A DNA stretch of 64,000 nt from Callorhinchus milii. Taxonomy: Eukaryota. Position numbers and translations under genes: made by a program. Within the stretch, counting starts at the first letter, position 1. Every line of letters begins with the position of its first letter. This document shows positions 38,783 through 50,855 of this stretch, one piece after another. The DNA is taken from NCBI RefSeq assembly GCF_018977255.1, contig NW_024704743.1:44270001-44334000 (forward strand), in the 5' to 3' direction. Below the pieces are notes generated by a model, which worked only from the letters and a program-made list of their open reading frames with translations, had not been told where the DNA came from and did no database searches.

Positions 38783-39145
38783 AACATAACATTTACATAG
38801 CGCATTTTTTAATGTCGGATGGATATCTCAAAGCTCTCAACACTGGCAGCTGGCACCCAAGCTGGGGGTGGGAGCTGAGGGAGGTGGGATGGGGAGGGAA
38901 AAAGATGACCGAAAACGCAGTCAAAGAGTTACTTCGTGACGCGCATTGAAAGAGGGGAGGGAGGGATTCGCAGGGACTCTCGAATAGAGCTCCAGAGAGT
39001 AGGGGCAAAATGGAGATAGAGGGGCAGATGGGGATGGGGGCACATGAAGCAAGATGGTGTTTGCCTGGCACAGGGAATGGCCGGGTCGGGATATCACAGA
39101 GATAAGGTGGGGGAGGGGGAATCAAGGCCATGGAGCAGTTTGTCA
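38783..39145 (-). mobile_element. L2 3' fragment nested in the hAT element
   Basis: L2 tail and hairpin at 38783-38840; PPYLCD-like coding remnant. Confidence 0.75.
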
Positions 39146-39279
39146 CTCAGGAAAGAGGGAGCTTTCTGTAAGGAAACAGCGCGCCACTTCACTCAGTGTC
39201 CATCCTCAGTCCATCCCCCCAACTGCCAAGGGAAGTTCCGTTTGTCTATCCTGACAGTGAACTATCAAACGCTGCCCTC

Positions 39280-39590
39280 CTGTCTCTCTGATCTCTCTCA
39301 CTCACTCTCGCTGTTTCCTTCTCCCCCTCTCCCCTCATGCTCTCTCTCTCTCAATCACTCACTCTTCCCCTCCCCTGTCAATTAATCATTCTCCATGCCT
39401 CTCTCTCAATCACTCTCTCCCCTCTCTCACTCACTGTCTCTCTCAATTACCCTCTCACAACCTCTGTTCCCCCCCCCCCTTTTTCTTTCTTTCTCAATCA
39501 CTCTCTCTTCCCTCTCTCTATCTCACACACACACTCTCTCTCTCACTGCCCTCCAATACTCTCTCTCCCCCTCCTCCCGCCTCTCAATTA
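39280..39590. repeat. CT-rich low-complexity tract inside the hAT element
   Basis: Reiterated CTCT and CTCAATCACTCTCT units. Confidence 0.85.
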
Positions 39591-39904
39591 ATTTGCTGCA
39601 CAATGTCAGGGAGAGCCTCTGGAGCTGAGAGGAAGGCAATCGGGTCTCCTTACCAACTGCCAGCTCCTCCATGAGAGGATGGTTCACCAGGGAGGGGGGG
39701 AGCAGGCGGGCTGGATGAAATCATTGGCTGCCAGTTGGACCACCCTGATGTAAGCTATGATGTTGGCCAGATCTGTAACACTTTATCTAGTGTATAAATA
39801 GAAGCATAAGCATGGAGAGGACTCAGCAAGAGGATTGCATTCCATCAAGCTGTCCCAAATTTTACCACAGCAACAACAAATTTATATTTGTATAGTCCCT
39901 TTCA

Positions 39905-40592
39905 GTTCCCCAACGCGCACTCTGGGGTCCACAAGCCCTGGCTCTTGCCAACCTGCATCTAATACTCTCCGGAATTAGATAAGCAAGATGCGTCTTTCCA
40001 GGGAGAGAGTGCGTATTCCATTCCAACAATCTATCTCAGGGGTTTCCACGTAGAGGTGAGATGCATGGATTTCTCAGTTTGTTTGGATACTTTACTAATA
40101 ATAATCCTTGCATTTGATATTTCGCCTCATCATGTCTTCGAGACGTCTCAAAACGCTTCACAGAATATCCAGTAAAGTGAATTGACTGTGTATTTTATGG
40201 ACAAAACACGGTAGCCAATTGCAGTGACCCACAAACAGTTATGGATTGAGTGACCAAATTATTACTATTATTACATTTTTTTAAGAGATTATTACCCTCG
40301 GAAAAGTGATCTGCGAATCGACTAACAACCGGGTTCCAACTTACTGCTTGGTAAACCGAGGCATGTGGAGTAAGGAAACTTGCTGAACATTTTGCCCTGC
40401 CTGGGAATCAAACCCAGGTCCTCTCGCTTGCGAGGCAAGTACTCTATCATAATAGTTAGATCATAATATCATAAGGCATTACAGTGCCTTGCACATTGCA
40501 TCGCCCATTCATGCATTTGATGCAACATGTGGGATTGCCTCACATTAAGCATGGTGATCCGCATGTGTCAGACACTCGGCTGACCAAAACAA
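39905..40592 (+). repeat. repeat family X, 3' half, split by a SINE
   Basis: 39905-40092 matches 28880-29005 and 9575-9730; it resumes at 40545 with TTAAGCATGGTGATCCGCATGTGTCAGACACTCGGCTGACCAAAACAAA. Confidence 0.78.
40095..40448 (-). mobile_element. SINE family A, long-body variant
   Basis: Reverse complement of the family A tail, body and most of the head. Confidence 0.88.
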
Positions 40593-43500
40593 ATGATTAT
40601 TAGAGAAAAAAATACTGAAATATGTTTCTCCAGTTAGATCTGCAATTTTACATGGCTGTCTTTTATTTTTCCCCAGATCAAATTTGGAAAGGAAAATCAA
40701 GCTTTGCTGAGTTTGTTCTGGCACATAGGCCAATGCCAAGTTGCATTTTTACATTACTTAATCTAAACAGAGTGTTTGTTTATGTTGACACCCTCTTCCT
40801 TGCCAAGCTGAAACAATACAGAATGCCATTCCCACTGTGCAGCTCCACAATTACTTCCGATAGGAAACATGCAGTCAAACAGTATCTATTTGTCATACCC
40901 AAGGATTTCAGTAGGAGTGTCCCAGTGTTCTGACCTTTATTTTTTACTATGGCCATTCTGACTATGTTTTAATTAACTGCATCAATCTAATTGTCTGAGA
41001 TTGTCTGTAAATATAAAGATGAGCAATATCCATTTGAATTTGTTGGATGGATAAATACAAGGTTTGGGACTGAAAGGACTAAAATGCCTATTTCTTACTT
41101 GCTGTACAAACTAGCAGACTCAAATCATTTTTTGTGAACATACAAATATACATTAAAAAGGAATTAGTGTGTTGTATACTATAGAGTGTCCTATTTCATG
41201 GTCAAGTATAGTAATACTGGTACATAAAATAGCACTATTGCATATGTAGCTTTAACCATTCTAAAAACACTGTTTTGAAGAGTAATACAGGCTTTATACT
41301 CAATGTTTTCAGTGATAACATATTGTCATTCTAATTCTTTAAAAATGTGAGGCAGAATTCCTCATATTGTAGCTAAAGAGAATATGAGGATTTTTGTAGT
41401 TTCAAATTATTTTAGACATATAATAATAATAAAGCTTGATATTCACGTCTTCTAGATGTCTCAAAGCGCTTCACAGAATATACTGAATTGAATTGACTGT
41501 ATATTTCTGGGCAAAACACACCAGCCAATATAAACAATATTTTTGCATAAATCTTTTTAAAAATAAACATTATGGTTACTTAGGCCACCATAGTATATTG
41601 GCCCAAAGGTTCTATTCAGTAATATTTCAAAGTTTCACAGCTAGTTTCTGAACCCATTCAAAAAGAGAAGAGTGTTTCTCAAGGTGTCCTGGGAAACAAG
41701 CATCCAGTTATAATGGTCATTCAGTTCAAAGCTTTTAGTGAGATATTGCTATCTGCAAATTGGATGCCACGTTTGCCTACAAATACACAGTCATTGCACT
41801 TTTCAGAAAAACCCTGTGAAGCCTTTGAGACATTTCAGTGTGATAAGGTGTATAAACTGCAAGGATTAGTTAGTCTTCCACATAGTGTCTCAAAAGTATC
41901 AATCCTCTATGCATTTGTGGAATTATCAGGGTCCTGCTATGAGTGAGGCTTCACGTACTATTCACCTCCCAGAATTTATCACTCCTCCTCTCGAGTGGCT
42001 TCCATAGTCTTCCATAGCTATAGATAACAGCATGAATCAAGTGATAAAAGAAACATTATGGACCCAGAATTCCGATGTACCAGGTCCCTTTAACAATCAC
42101 TCATTTCAACTTTTGGCAATAAATTTGTGTCTTCAAGTCAATAAGGATCACAGGTGCACTTGACACAATTATTTCTTATCAGTTCCTGTGCAGAGCCTTA
42201 GAAGACGAAACTATCATCCCACTGCAATATTGAAGTCCTTGGAATGCAGGTGTCTGTAAGAATAGGGCTTAACTGGAAGAGAAACTGATAATTGAGATAA
42301 TAAATTCAAAACTTCCATTAATTGCTGGGTTACATTGGTAATTGTTTTGTGTTTCAATGTTTCAATAACTAGTGAGGATGAGTAAGAATGGAAGCTGGGA
42401 AATTGGATCTCAATAACGCAAGATTTTGTTTCAAGTATTGAATAATTTGGCCAATCGATACATAGCTAATTCAGTGCTGACTGCCTATCTAAGTTACATG
42501 TTTTGGGACTTGTGAGCTGACTTTGACTGTATCCCAATAGCTCCCAGCTAATTAAGATCACTATATTCAAATGTCAATTTTCCCCAAAGGAAATACCTTA
42601 TTTTTGCTGACCTTGCAAGCCCCTGCACCTCCGCAAGGCAGATAGTGATTGGAACAGCTTTCTTCCCTTCAAATATTCCAATCTCATCCCCAACAACATG
42701 GCGGGTCACCTTGTTTCAACAGTGACAGTCAAGCTTTGAGGAAGTGCCAGGAGAGCGGCAGGTGCCAGTAAGAGTGCCTTCGCCAAGCGCTGTGGGAGCA
42801 AGAGTACATCACTAGATTTTTGGAGGAAGTAGAAACCAAATATCTCAACCATTATGATTTGCCAAGAAGTTTCACACTTGCCAATAATGAAAACTATCTC
42901 AAATGACCCTTGCTGAATGTAGATTTTCATGTTGAGTTAGAACTAACTTCACAGTTCACCACCTTCATACTAGACTTCACACAGCATTTTAAGGTGCTTT
43001 ATGCCAGTGAAATCCCAAACTGCCTCTACAGTTTTCATACGTTATCGAAACAAACCTATGGCTTAACCTAAAGGCCTGGACCTATCTTTCTGATTTCTTT
43101 AAGGATTTCCAGAAACCTAACATTATTTCTCATATTATTATTTTTCTTCAGTCACATTTGGGGAATGTTTGTGGGTGTCAATTTCTATAATATCTTAATT
43201 AGATATGCTTTGTATTCATGAAGAAATATCACCATAGATGTTTTTATAACAATCTGCATTTCTATTTGAATTGATTCTTTATCAGCTTTGAATATTTCCT
43301 ACCTTCACCACCACTGAAGTACTTTTGTGTACCATATTTATGCATCTTGCGTTTACAATCGGTCATGTTTTTCCTTCAATTATATTTAATGATTCTAATC
43401 CACATTCTGTTCTGTTTAGGAGCATCTCTCCTGTTGGGAGTCTTCATGTGATAAAACCTCGAATGACGTCTTGTAATTGTTCATTTGTTTTTAGTTGTTT

Positions 43501-45669
43501 AGCTGCTTTTCCTGATTTCCCTGCCAGAGATTGGCATGGGTGGGGAGGACTTTAGTGACTCACGATGCTTGCTATCTAAGGAGATGCAACCTGATGAGAC
43601 ATCATGCTCATGAGTTTATCTAATTCTGGTTACCAGGCAGGATTGATAAATCTATTCTCCAGTCCTTACAACCAATGTGGTTGCTAGGTGTCTGAATCTT
43701 GTTGAACTCTCTAAGTACATTGTTAGGGGGCCTCTAAGAAATGAATCTGATTTGATGCGCCTCTTTCCTGTTGCTAGAAGATACAATCTGAAAGGCATTA
43801 CCCTAGAATATTTCAGCACAACTGAACTATCAATTAAAAATAGGGTGGTTACCTTAACTCCTTCGACTGTTTGCTACTTGAATTTCAATCCTCTATATGT
43901 ATGTTCGAGGTTCTTTATCCAGTGGTAATCTACATTTCCTTGCTACATTTAGTGTTTTCACTTTTGATTGCTTGGCACTGATCTAGTCCATCCATTTGGG
44001 TTGAAACGAGGCTCATCAGGAAAACAGCAGATAAAGTGCCTTGATTCTGGATAAAGTGCCTCAGGACGTAAAGTGCATCTCTTCCAAGGAACCACCATTT
44101 ATGTCAACCTTGGCTCAGACAATTTCAGGACATAGCTGACGTCTTTGTGATTCAGTGTGATGTATGTGGGGTTCCCTAGGGCACTCATTTAATATCCCAA
44201 GGTGATTGCTCCAGCACTGAAGCACTATGCTGCCCAATGAGCTTTTTTTCAACACCATTGTGTTGAGAGTCAGAATTGATGGACATTTTTCTACAAGAGG
44301 ATTCACATGGTTATACACTGTGATGTTTCTTATGCATAAAAAAATGTTTGTGAAGGGATTTATTTGAGTGAAGAAAACATTCAGTGGTTTATGATTTTAC
44401 TATAAGTGGTGCATTTATATTACAAAATTGTGATTGCATGTTACGGCTCCAGAGTTTTTCAATGTTTCCACATTTTGCTTTGATAACTCCTCTGTAATGT
44501 GGTGACAATTACTAAAGACACCTTGCTTAATTTCTCTTGCTGGAAATAAAATAGATTTCGACATTAAAATGTCTCCGCCGTATTTAGAGCATGGTTGCTG
44601 TTCCATGCTCTTAAAAACATATAACATAGGTTTTTACTATGTGTCAACAATTGCTCCAGTTATTTCCTTTTAAAGTTTAGCTTTAAATTGAATTTTTACA
44701 CATAAAGAATTTCATTTTATCTTCCACTTTAAAGCGCTCTGAATCATTGCCGCAAGTGGTAGAGTGGGATAAGTAATGACATGTTTAACAGGAAAAGAGT
44801 TCTTATTGATTAAAAGGGACCCAGGTGATGAAAGGCTGCACTCACTACCTTTTTACAAGCAATTACAGTGGAGGACATGCAGTGATAATGGATGGCTTCA
44901 TTCCACTAGTATTTCAATTATACAGTATAAATGTCAACACTCTTTTTTCATAGAATAATCTGATTGTGAAATAGATTTGAATGAGCAGTGAAAAAACAAT
45001 TTATTCTAATCTGTGACTGTAAAAATTGAATTTTATGCGCACAATATAGCCTATTTAAAAATGTTTATTTAGAATGAAAATTGAAACGTTAATCAATACA
45101 TGGTAATAGATCATAATTGAATCTGAAGAAGTAGTTTTGCTTTAGTATATTCTAATTTTATTGGGAAGTTTTACACCACACAGTTGCAAGAACCAAAATT
45201 AATTATTTGAATTAATTTTTATTAGCTAATATATGTGTGATCCCCATACACACACATGTAGGTTAAGATCTCTTTCTACATTGTTCTAGCCGACAGTCCT
45301 CCAAATAAAATCAGTCACACGTTTCATGGCTGTTAATGGGGGTTCGTTGCGCAAATTGGCTTCAGCATTTGTTCACACAACATACAGTCTTTGCACTTTA
45401 TCCTGTGCAGCTCTTTGAGATGTTCTCCCAACATGAAATGCGCAATGCCAAATGTAAGGATTATTATAATATATTTCAATAGAAGCTGCAAAGTCTATCA
45501 GGCAAATTGTACCCCAATCTCAAGCCCAATTGTTTGATAATATTACTTGCCTATTCTTTTCAACCATGTTGGCATCTTGTTCTGTAATCCTTGATGCCTT
45601 ACCTTGGTTTTTAAATTTTTTAAAAAGGGTGTTGATCCTTCCTCCATAAACTACATTTACCATTGCTTA

Positions 45670-46052
45670 CCTTTGGTGTCAAGTGATTGAAAAGCATTCT
45701 CAACTCCAGGTCAGAAGGTTGCAAATTGAAACCTTGCAACTCTATTTGAGCTCATAATCTCAACTGATACTCCAGTGCTGGGAGAGAAATTAGAGTTACC
45801 ATCTTTCAGATGAGATGTTAAACCAAGGTTCTATATGCCTGTTAATCATGTGGATATTAAAGATCACATCATACTATTTGAAAAGGGGTTAGAGTTTCTT
45901 CCAGTATCCTGGTCAACAATCCTCCTTATAATTTTGTCATTCACCTCAAGGGAATTTGTGGGGCCTTGCTGTGTGCAAAATGACTGATGTGTTTGCATAC
46001 AAAAGCAATCATTACACTTAACAGTAATTACTATAAAGCATTATAAGACATT
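45670..46052 (+). mobile_element. old Deu-domain SINE
   Basis: GGTCAGAAGGTTG...CTGATACTCCAGTGC...TCTTTCAGATGAGATGTTAAACCAAGG...TAAAGATC...TTGCTGTGTGCAAAATG. Confidence 0.72.
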
Positions 46053-46334
46053 TAAGCCACCCAGCTAAGATAAACTAACTCAACACAGACTAGAGAATCA
46101 AATTTGAAAATATCCAGATCCAAACCCTCACTGTCCAATGCTTGGCCACCCAATATGAAAGGTGCAAAATAATCCAATTTGTTGTTGGTGGTAGGTATGC
46201 AACAACAGTGCTTCCTGCACATATTATTATTATTATAGCACATATATGCAGTGCGATTTTATCATTGCTTCCTGGGTAACATGCTGGAACACGTCAATGG
46301 TGACCTGACAACCCAGAAGTGATTAAAAGATTAT

Positions 46335-46788
46335 CATACCAGGGCTTGAAGGGTTAAATTATGAGGACAGGCGGCATAAACTTATCCCTTGAGTTTAGAA
46401 GGTTGAAGGGTAACCTGATTGAGATTTTTAAAATAATAAAGGAATTCGATAGGGTAGCTACAGAGAAACTGGTTCCTCGGGTGGGAGGATTCAGAACAAG
46501 GCGCATAATCTTAAAATTTGAACCTGGCCATTTAGGAGTGAAATTAGGAGGCAGTTTTTCACCCAAAGGATAGCGGAAATCTGGAACTCTCTCCCTCAAA
46601 ATTTTGTGGATGCTGGATCCATTCACATTTTCAAGACTGAGGTTGTTGAATATTTGTTAGGTTAAGATATTAAAGGATATGGGGCAAGGGCAGGTAATTG
46701 GAGTTGAAGTACAGATCAGCCATGATCTTACAGAATGTTAGAACAGGCTTGAGGGGTTGAATGACCTATTCTTGTTTCTATGTTTCTA
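46335..46788 (+). mobile_element. CR1 3' fragment
   Basis: SLEFRRLKGNLIEIFKIIKEFDRV (ORF 46361-46573) and a CR1 3' UTR. Confidence 0.85.
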
Positions 46789-46917
46789 AATGGGCCATTT
46801 TGTAGAACTTGTCAGCACTGAATGACTGGTGTATGGACTCATTAGTTCTGGTTAGTGCGGGTTCAAACTAAACAATGCTAAAGGGCGAGACTTTAGCTTG
46901 TGTTATATTGAACAGTC

Positions 46918-47010
46918 CTTTTTTTTGGGCAGCCGAATGTCCGACACATACGGAAACATATTGCCATGCTTAATGATATCAAAACTAGACAAAGAGTTCC
47001 ATATTTGTAT
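46918..47010 (-). repeat. repeat family X 3' end with poly(A)
   Basis: The reverse complement reads AAGCATGGCAATATGTTTCCGTATGTGTCGGACATTCGGCTGCCC followed by an A-run. Confidence 0.7.
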
Positions 47011-47088
47011 ATTCAGGATGAGACTTGCTACTTTTAAAACATTAAAGAGATTTCAGGGAAGAGTATAGAATAATTCTAGTTTTATGTT

Positions 47089-47464
47089 ATAATAATAATA
47101 AGCCTTGCATTTGATATAGCACCTTATCACGTCTGTGAGACGTCTAAAGCGCTTCACAGAATATACTGTAAAGTGAGTTGACTGTATATGTTGTGGGCGA
47201 AACACAGCAGTCAATTGCGCACAGCGTGCCCCACAAACAGTCGTGGATTGAAGTGACTAATTTATTATTATTATTTTTTTGAAGGAATTATTACCCCTGG
47301 AAAAGCAACTCGTCAAACGACTAACAACCAAGTTCGTACTTACTGCTAGGTAAACAGAGGCATGTGGAGTAAGGAAACTTGCCCAATGTTTCGCTCTGCC
47401 GGGAATCAAACCCAGTTCTCTCGCTTGCGAGGCGAGTGCTCTAACCATCGAGCTACAGGACTCC
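47089..47464 (-). mobile_element. SINE family A, long-body variant, full length
   Basis: Complete head (GGAGTCCTGTAGCTC), body and tail on the minus strand. Confidence 0.92.
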
Positions 47465-48689
47465 CAAGAGTTATGTGTGTTATGAATACAAACAAATCCA
47501 TGCATTTATAATGCTGAGAACCAATAGAAGTGATACAATTACACTATTTAAATGAGACGGTTATTACAGAACTGGAGCTATGAGCACTTCCCCCAGAGTA
47601 GTGTTGTGTAAAACAGACTTCCAGCAAAAGTAGTTAATGCTGGTGTTACTTAATTTGTTATTTTAAAATGGTCTAATATCTGTTTCAGTTAGGGATTGAG
47701 CATTTTGTCGATAAGAATATTAATTTATCATTCAGAACCGATGCTTCATGAACTTGGAAATTGCAAATTGCAATAGATTAGACTGGTAAATTTGGGTTAG
47801 TGAACTTGAATGTTTGCCTACGGTTGTTTGCTTCCTTAAAGGTACACAGTAGTTGTCCAGAATCATACTACAATGAATTATGTGTGCTCTGTGGAGAAAA
47901 CCCTCTTGTTTGGACAAGCAACCTTTTCTCAATTCACAATTATGGTTTCATTCATTTTAACTTATGTTGCTAAATGGGCATAATGATATTTATTTTCTAA
48001 TCTACTGCATTTGTTTTACACTGATCTTCCAATCCAGGATGTAAATAGCATTTTCACTGGGCCGTGTTGCTTCCCATGCTGGTGTTTTTCTAAATCAAAT
48101 ATAACGTTATGGTATTGGTATGCTAAACAACACTACAATTACATTTTGCTCCAAGTATACATTTACCACAATAAATACAGATTTTTTAAATTTTCCCTCC
48201 AATAACAGTTTTCATATTAACCAACCTGGCGAACAAAAATGTGGGATTATCTGCCTGTTCTGCACCATGTATTAATTATATTTGAATTGAGCTTTCACAG
48301 TCAGAATAATGTGATGTGCAACTGTTGCTTGTCCAATTGTGTTCAGGATAAATTCACAAGAAACTGAGACTAATTTAGGTCGTATCCCAAAAAGATTGTT
48401 AACATCCTTTTTACAGTTTAAATACACCAGTATCCTCTTACTGTGTTCTCATAGTCGAGACAGTCTCTTTAAAAAAATTACAAAGTCCCAACGTCCATTC
48501 TGTGGAAATGTTGTTGTTGTTGAAGTATCATCACATAAGCAATTAATTCCTGTAATTGCTTTTGGCTGTAAGAAAGTGCTGTTTGTATCTTTCAGTACTG
48601 CTGTTCATTATACTCATTATCGGGTCGGGGCGAAACCTTAGGCAAGTTTCCTTACTCGACACACTGTTCACCTATCGGTAAATAGGCAA

Positions 48690-48965
48690 ATAGATAATTA
48701 TAAAAAGAATCAAAGGGAAGGTTAGAAAATAATTCTTTGTACAGAGGAGATTGGAATGAGGAAATTCTCTGCTACGAACAGTATTTGAAGCAGAGTTCAT
48801 AATTCTTTTGAAATGTTATTAGAAAGATGCTTGAAAAGAAGATTAAAGGCTGTGGGCAGAACGTTTAAGAGTGAAATTAAATTGACTCAGTGGAGAAAAA
48901 CACTTGATGGGCTAGCTTAATGGGCCGAATGGCCTATTTCCTGGCTGTAACACTCTATGATTCAA
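48690..48965 (+). mobile_element. old CR1 3' fragment
   Basis: Tail GATGGGC...GGGCCGAATGGCCTATTTCC...CTCTATGATTC. Confidence 0.6.
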
Positions 48966-50309
48966 TTTCTGAACACCATTTAAACTTTTAAATTTAATTA
49001 AAAGCTTACATTTACAGAGATATTGGCTATCATTTATACTATGCATGAAAATTAATGTTTTAGATGTATTTTTCTGCTGCTGCAATATTAAGTTTAGGAT
49101 GAGATTTGTGGTGCCATTTGAAGTAGGGCCTTTTAACAGACAGTTAGTGAGAAATTTAGGTATTGTAGAACATGAAGATGGACAGTACTGTTGCTCAGAA
49201 GTCAGGTGTGTAGTATCACCAAGTTATTTTTCTCCCCCTTTTTTAATCTCCAAATTCCATGCATAATTTTCCTGACTGAAAGACGTTTGCTGCCACTTTG
49301 CCAATATTAATTTGTAATTGGCAAATAGAAATTATGAAAGCAGCCTGGAATACTACATCTGGCAAAAAGAAATCTCTTCTTGCCTCCACTCTCTGGCTCC
49401 TACGAATCTCATGGCCAAAAGCTAGAACATAGCATATGGAGAATCACAAGTGTGCATTTATGTCACATTATGTCAGTATGCTGTAAGCGATGCTGAAATT
49501 TACAACTTCAACAAAGCACTTCAAGATATTATAATGCTTTTGATTAATTATTATCCCTTCATTTAGAGATGCAATTTGAATGCTGTTGATAAGCAATTTT
49601 TAAAAACATTTGTTTTTATTGGGTTTTTATTTGCTGAGGATTAGAAACAGAGAGGGATATACCAATGGAGAGAAAATATAGAAACAAATTGGAAACACAC
49701 TAATGTTGCGTAAATAGACTTAACTTCACTACAGGTAAAAGATAGTGTACGTGCATATGCCAAGTGTGTTTTGTACATGAGGTTCCTAACATTGCAGTGT
49801 AGCTGCAATAACTCCTTGGATGATTATTGTTTAATTACAAATCTACTGACAAATGCATTACAGTATGAAAAGATTCAATCCCCTGAAATACATGAACCAG
49901 TTAAAGAATAGGAATGCTAATGTATCATTTACAACAAATGACCGCTGTGGAATTAAATCAGCAAACATTTATAGTAGAATGATTTTATCTGCACACTGTT
50001 TATGAACGCATCCATTTATCACCGTAGGCTGTGAAATACCACACAAAAATAGTGTTGTGCGTATAACCAAAGTTGTACACAACAGGTTGCTATGGGAATC
50101 CTGTGATCCTGGTTACATCGCAATAGTAATATAATAATAGGCCTTGATATAGCGCCTTAGCATCTCATCGACAAGTTTCAAAGCACTTCACAGGATATAC
50201 TGTGAGACTGTGTGTATTTTATGTGCAAACGCAGCAACCAATTTGGGCACAGTTTGCAATACTATCTCACTGGTATATGCAACTGGCACATGCACACATT
50301 TTCAATTTT

Positions 50310-50610
50310 TTAAAAATTTTCTCCCCATCGATGTTTGCCTCTGCTCCGAGTCCCCAGTCTCATCCTGCGGTGCAGGTCCAGGGGCACCATTTACCATCCA
50401 GAAACCGGCCCAAATAGCTATTGTTCATTTGTGAACCTTGGCAGCGAGTGTCAGCGGGCCACTAGAGGGTGTCACAGCTAAGTAGAGTAATTCTCCTCAC
50501 CTGGTTGAAGAGGGACCAGGAGCAGGGAACCAGGATGATTTTAATCTCCCTAACCCTGGGAAAACCAGGACCAATTAGCCTCTGCCTGCAGCCCGGGCTG
50601 AGACGAGGCA
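50310..50610 (-). mobile_element. old SINE-like repeat (tentatively LF-SINE-related)
   Basis: GC-richer block resembling, from memory, a common shark SINE (CAGGAGCAGGGAACC...TCCCTAACCC...GGCTGAGA); its minus-strand 3' end ATGGGGAGAAAAT recurs at ~9887. Confidence 0.45.
50456..50474 (+). promoter_or_regulatory. candidate CTCF binding motif
   Basis: GGGCCACTAGAGGGTGTCA fits the CTCF core consensus (CCASYAGRKGGCRS) apart from two positions near its 3' end. Confidence 0.5.
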
Positions 50611-50694
50611 AATTTTTGAATTTATATTACTGAAAACTTTCACAGTATGCACTTTCGGGTTAACGATAGCGATATTGTAAATATATAATAGAGA

Positions 50695-50855
50695 ATGATA
50701 GAGATAGGGAACGAGTGAAAAATTCAGAGAGAGGAAACAAGAGACTCAGAGAGGGAAAGACAGACTCAGAAAAAGAAAAAGGCAAAAAAAAGGGAAAGAA
50801 AGTAGAGGAGAGAGAGTCAGAGAGAAAGAGTTAGAGCAATGGAGAGCAAAGAGCT
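50695..50855. repeat. GA-rich low-complexity tract
   Basis: Reiterated AGAG and GACTCAGA units. Confidence 0.8.

Larger units (their letters stand above)
38691..39747. mobile_element. non-autonomous hAT-superfamily DNA transposon
   Basis: TIRs CAGTGGGGTCCAAC (38691-38704) and GTTGGACCACCCTG (39734-39747) match at 12/14; 8-bp flanks GTGTAAGC and ATGTAAGC match at 7/8. Confidence 0.8.

Noticed and set aside
40660..40770. Possible host exon after TTTTATTTTTCCCCAG
   Set aside because: No convincing donor site and no recognisable peptide; similar isolated acceptors at ~24526, ~29519 and ~47735 were rejected for the same reason.
43590..44020. CTGATGAG hammerhead-like cores (43591 on +, ~44012 on -)
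   Set aside because: No properly positioned stem II and GAAA downstream.
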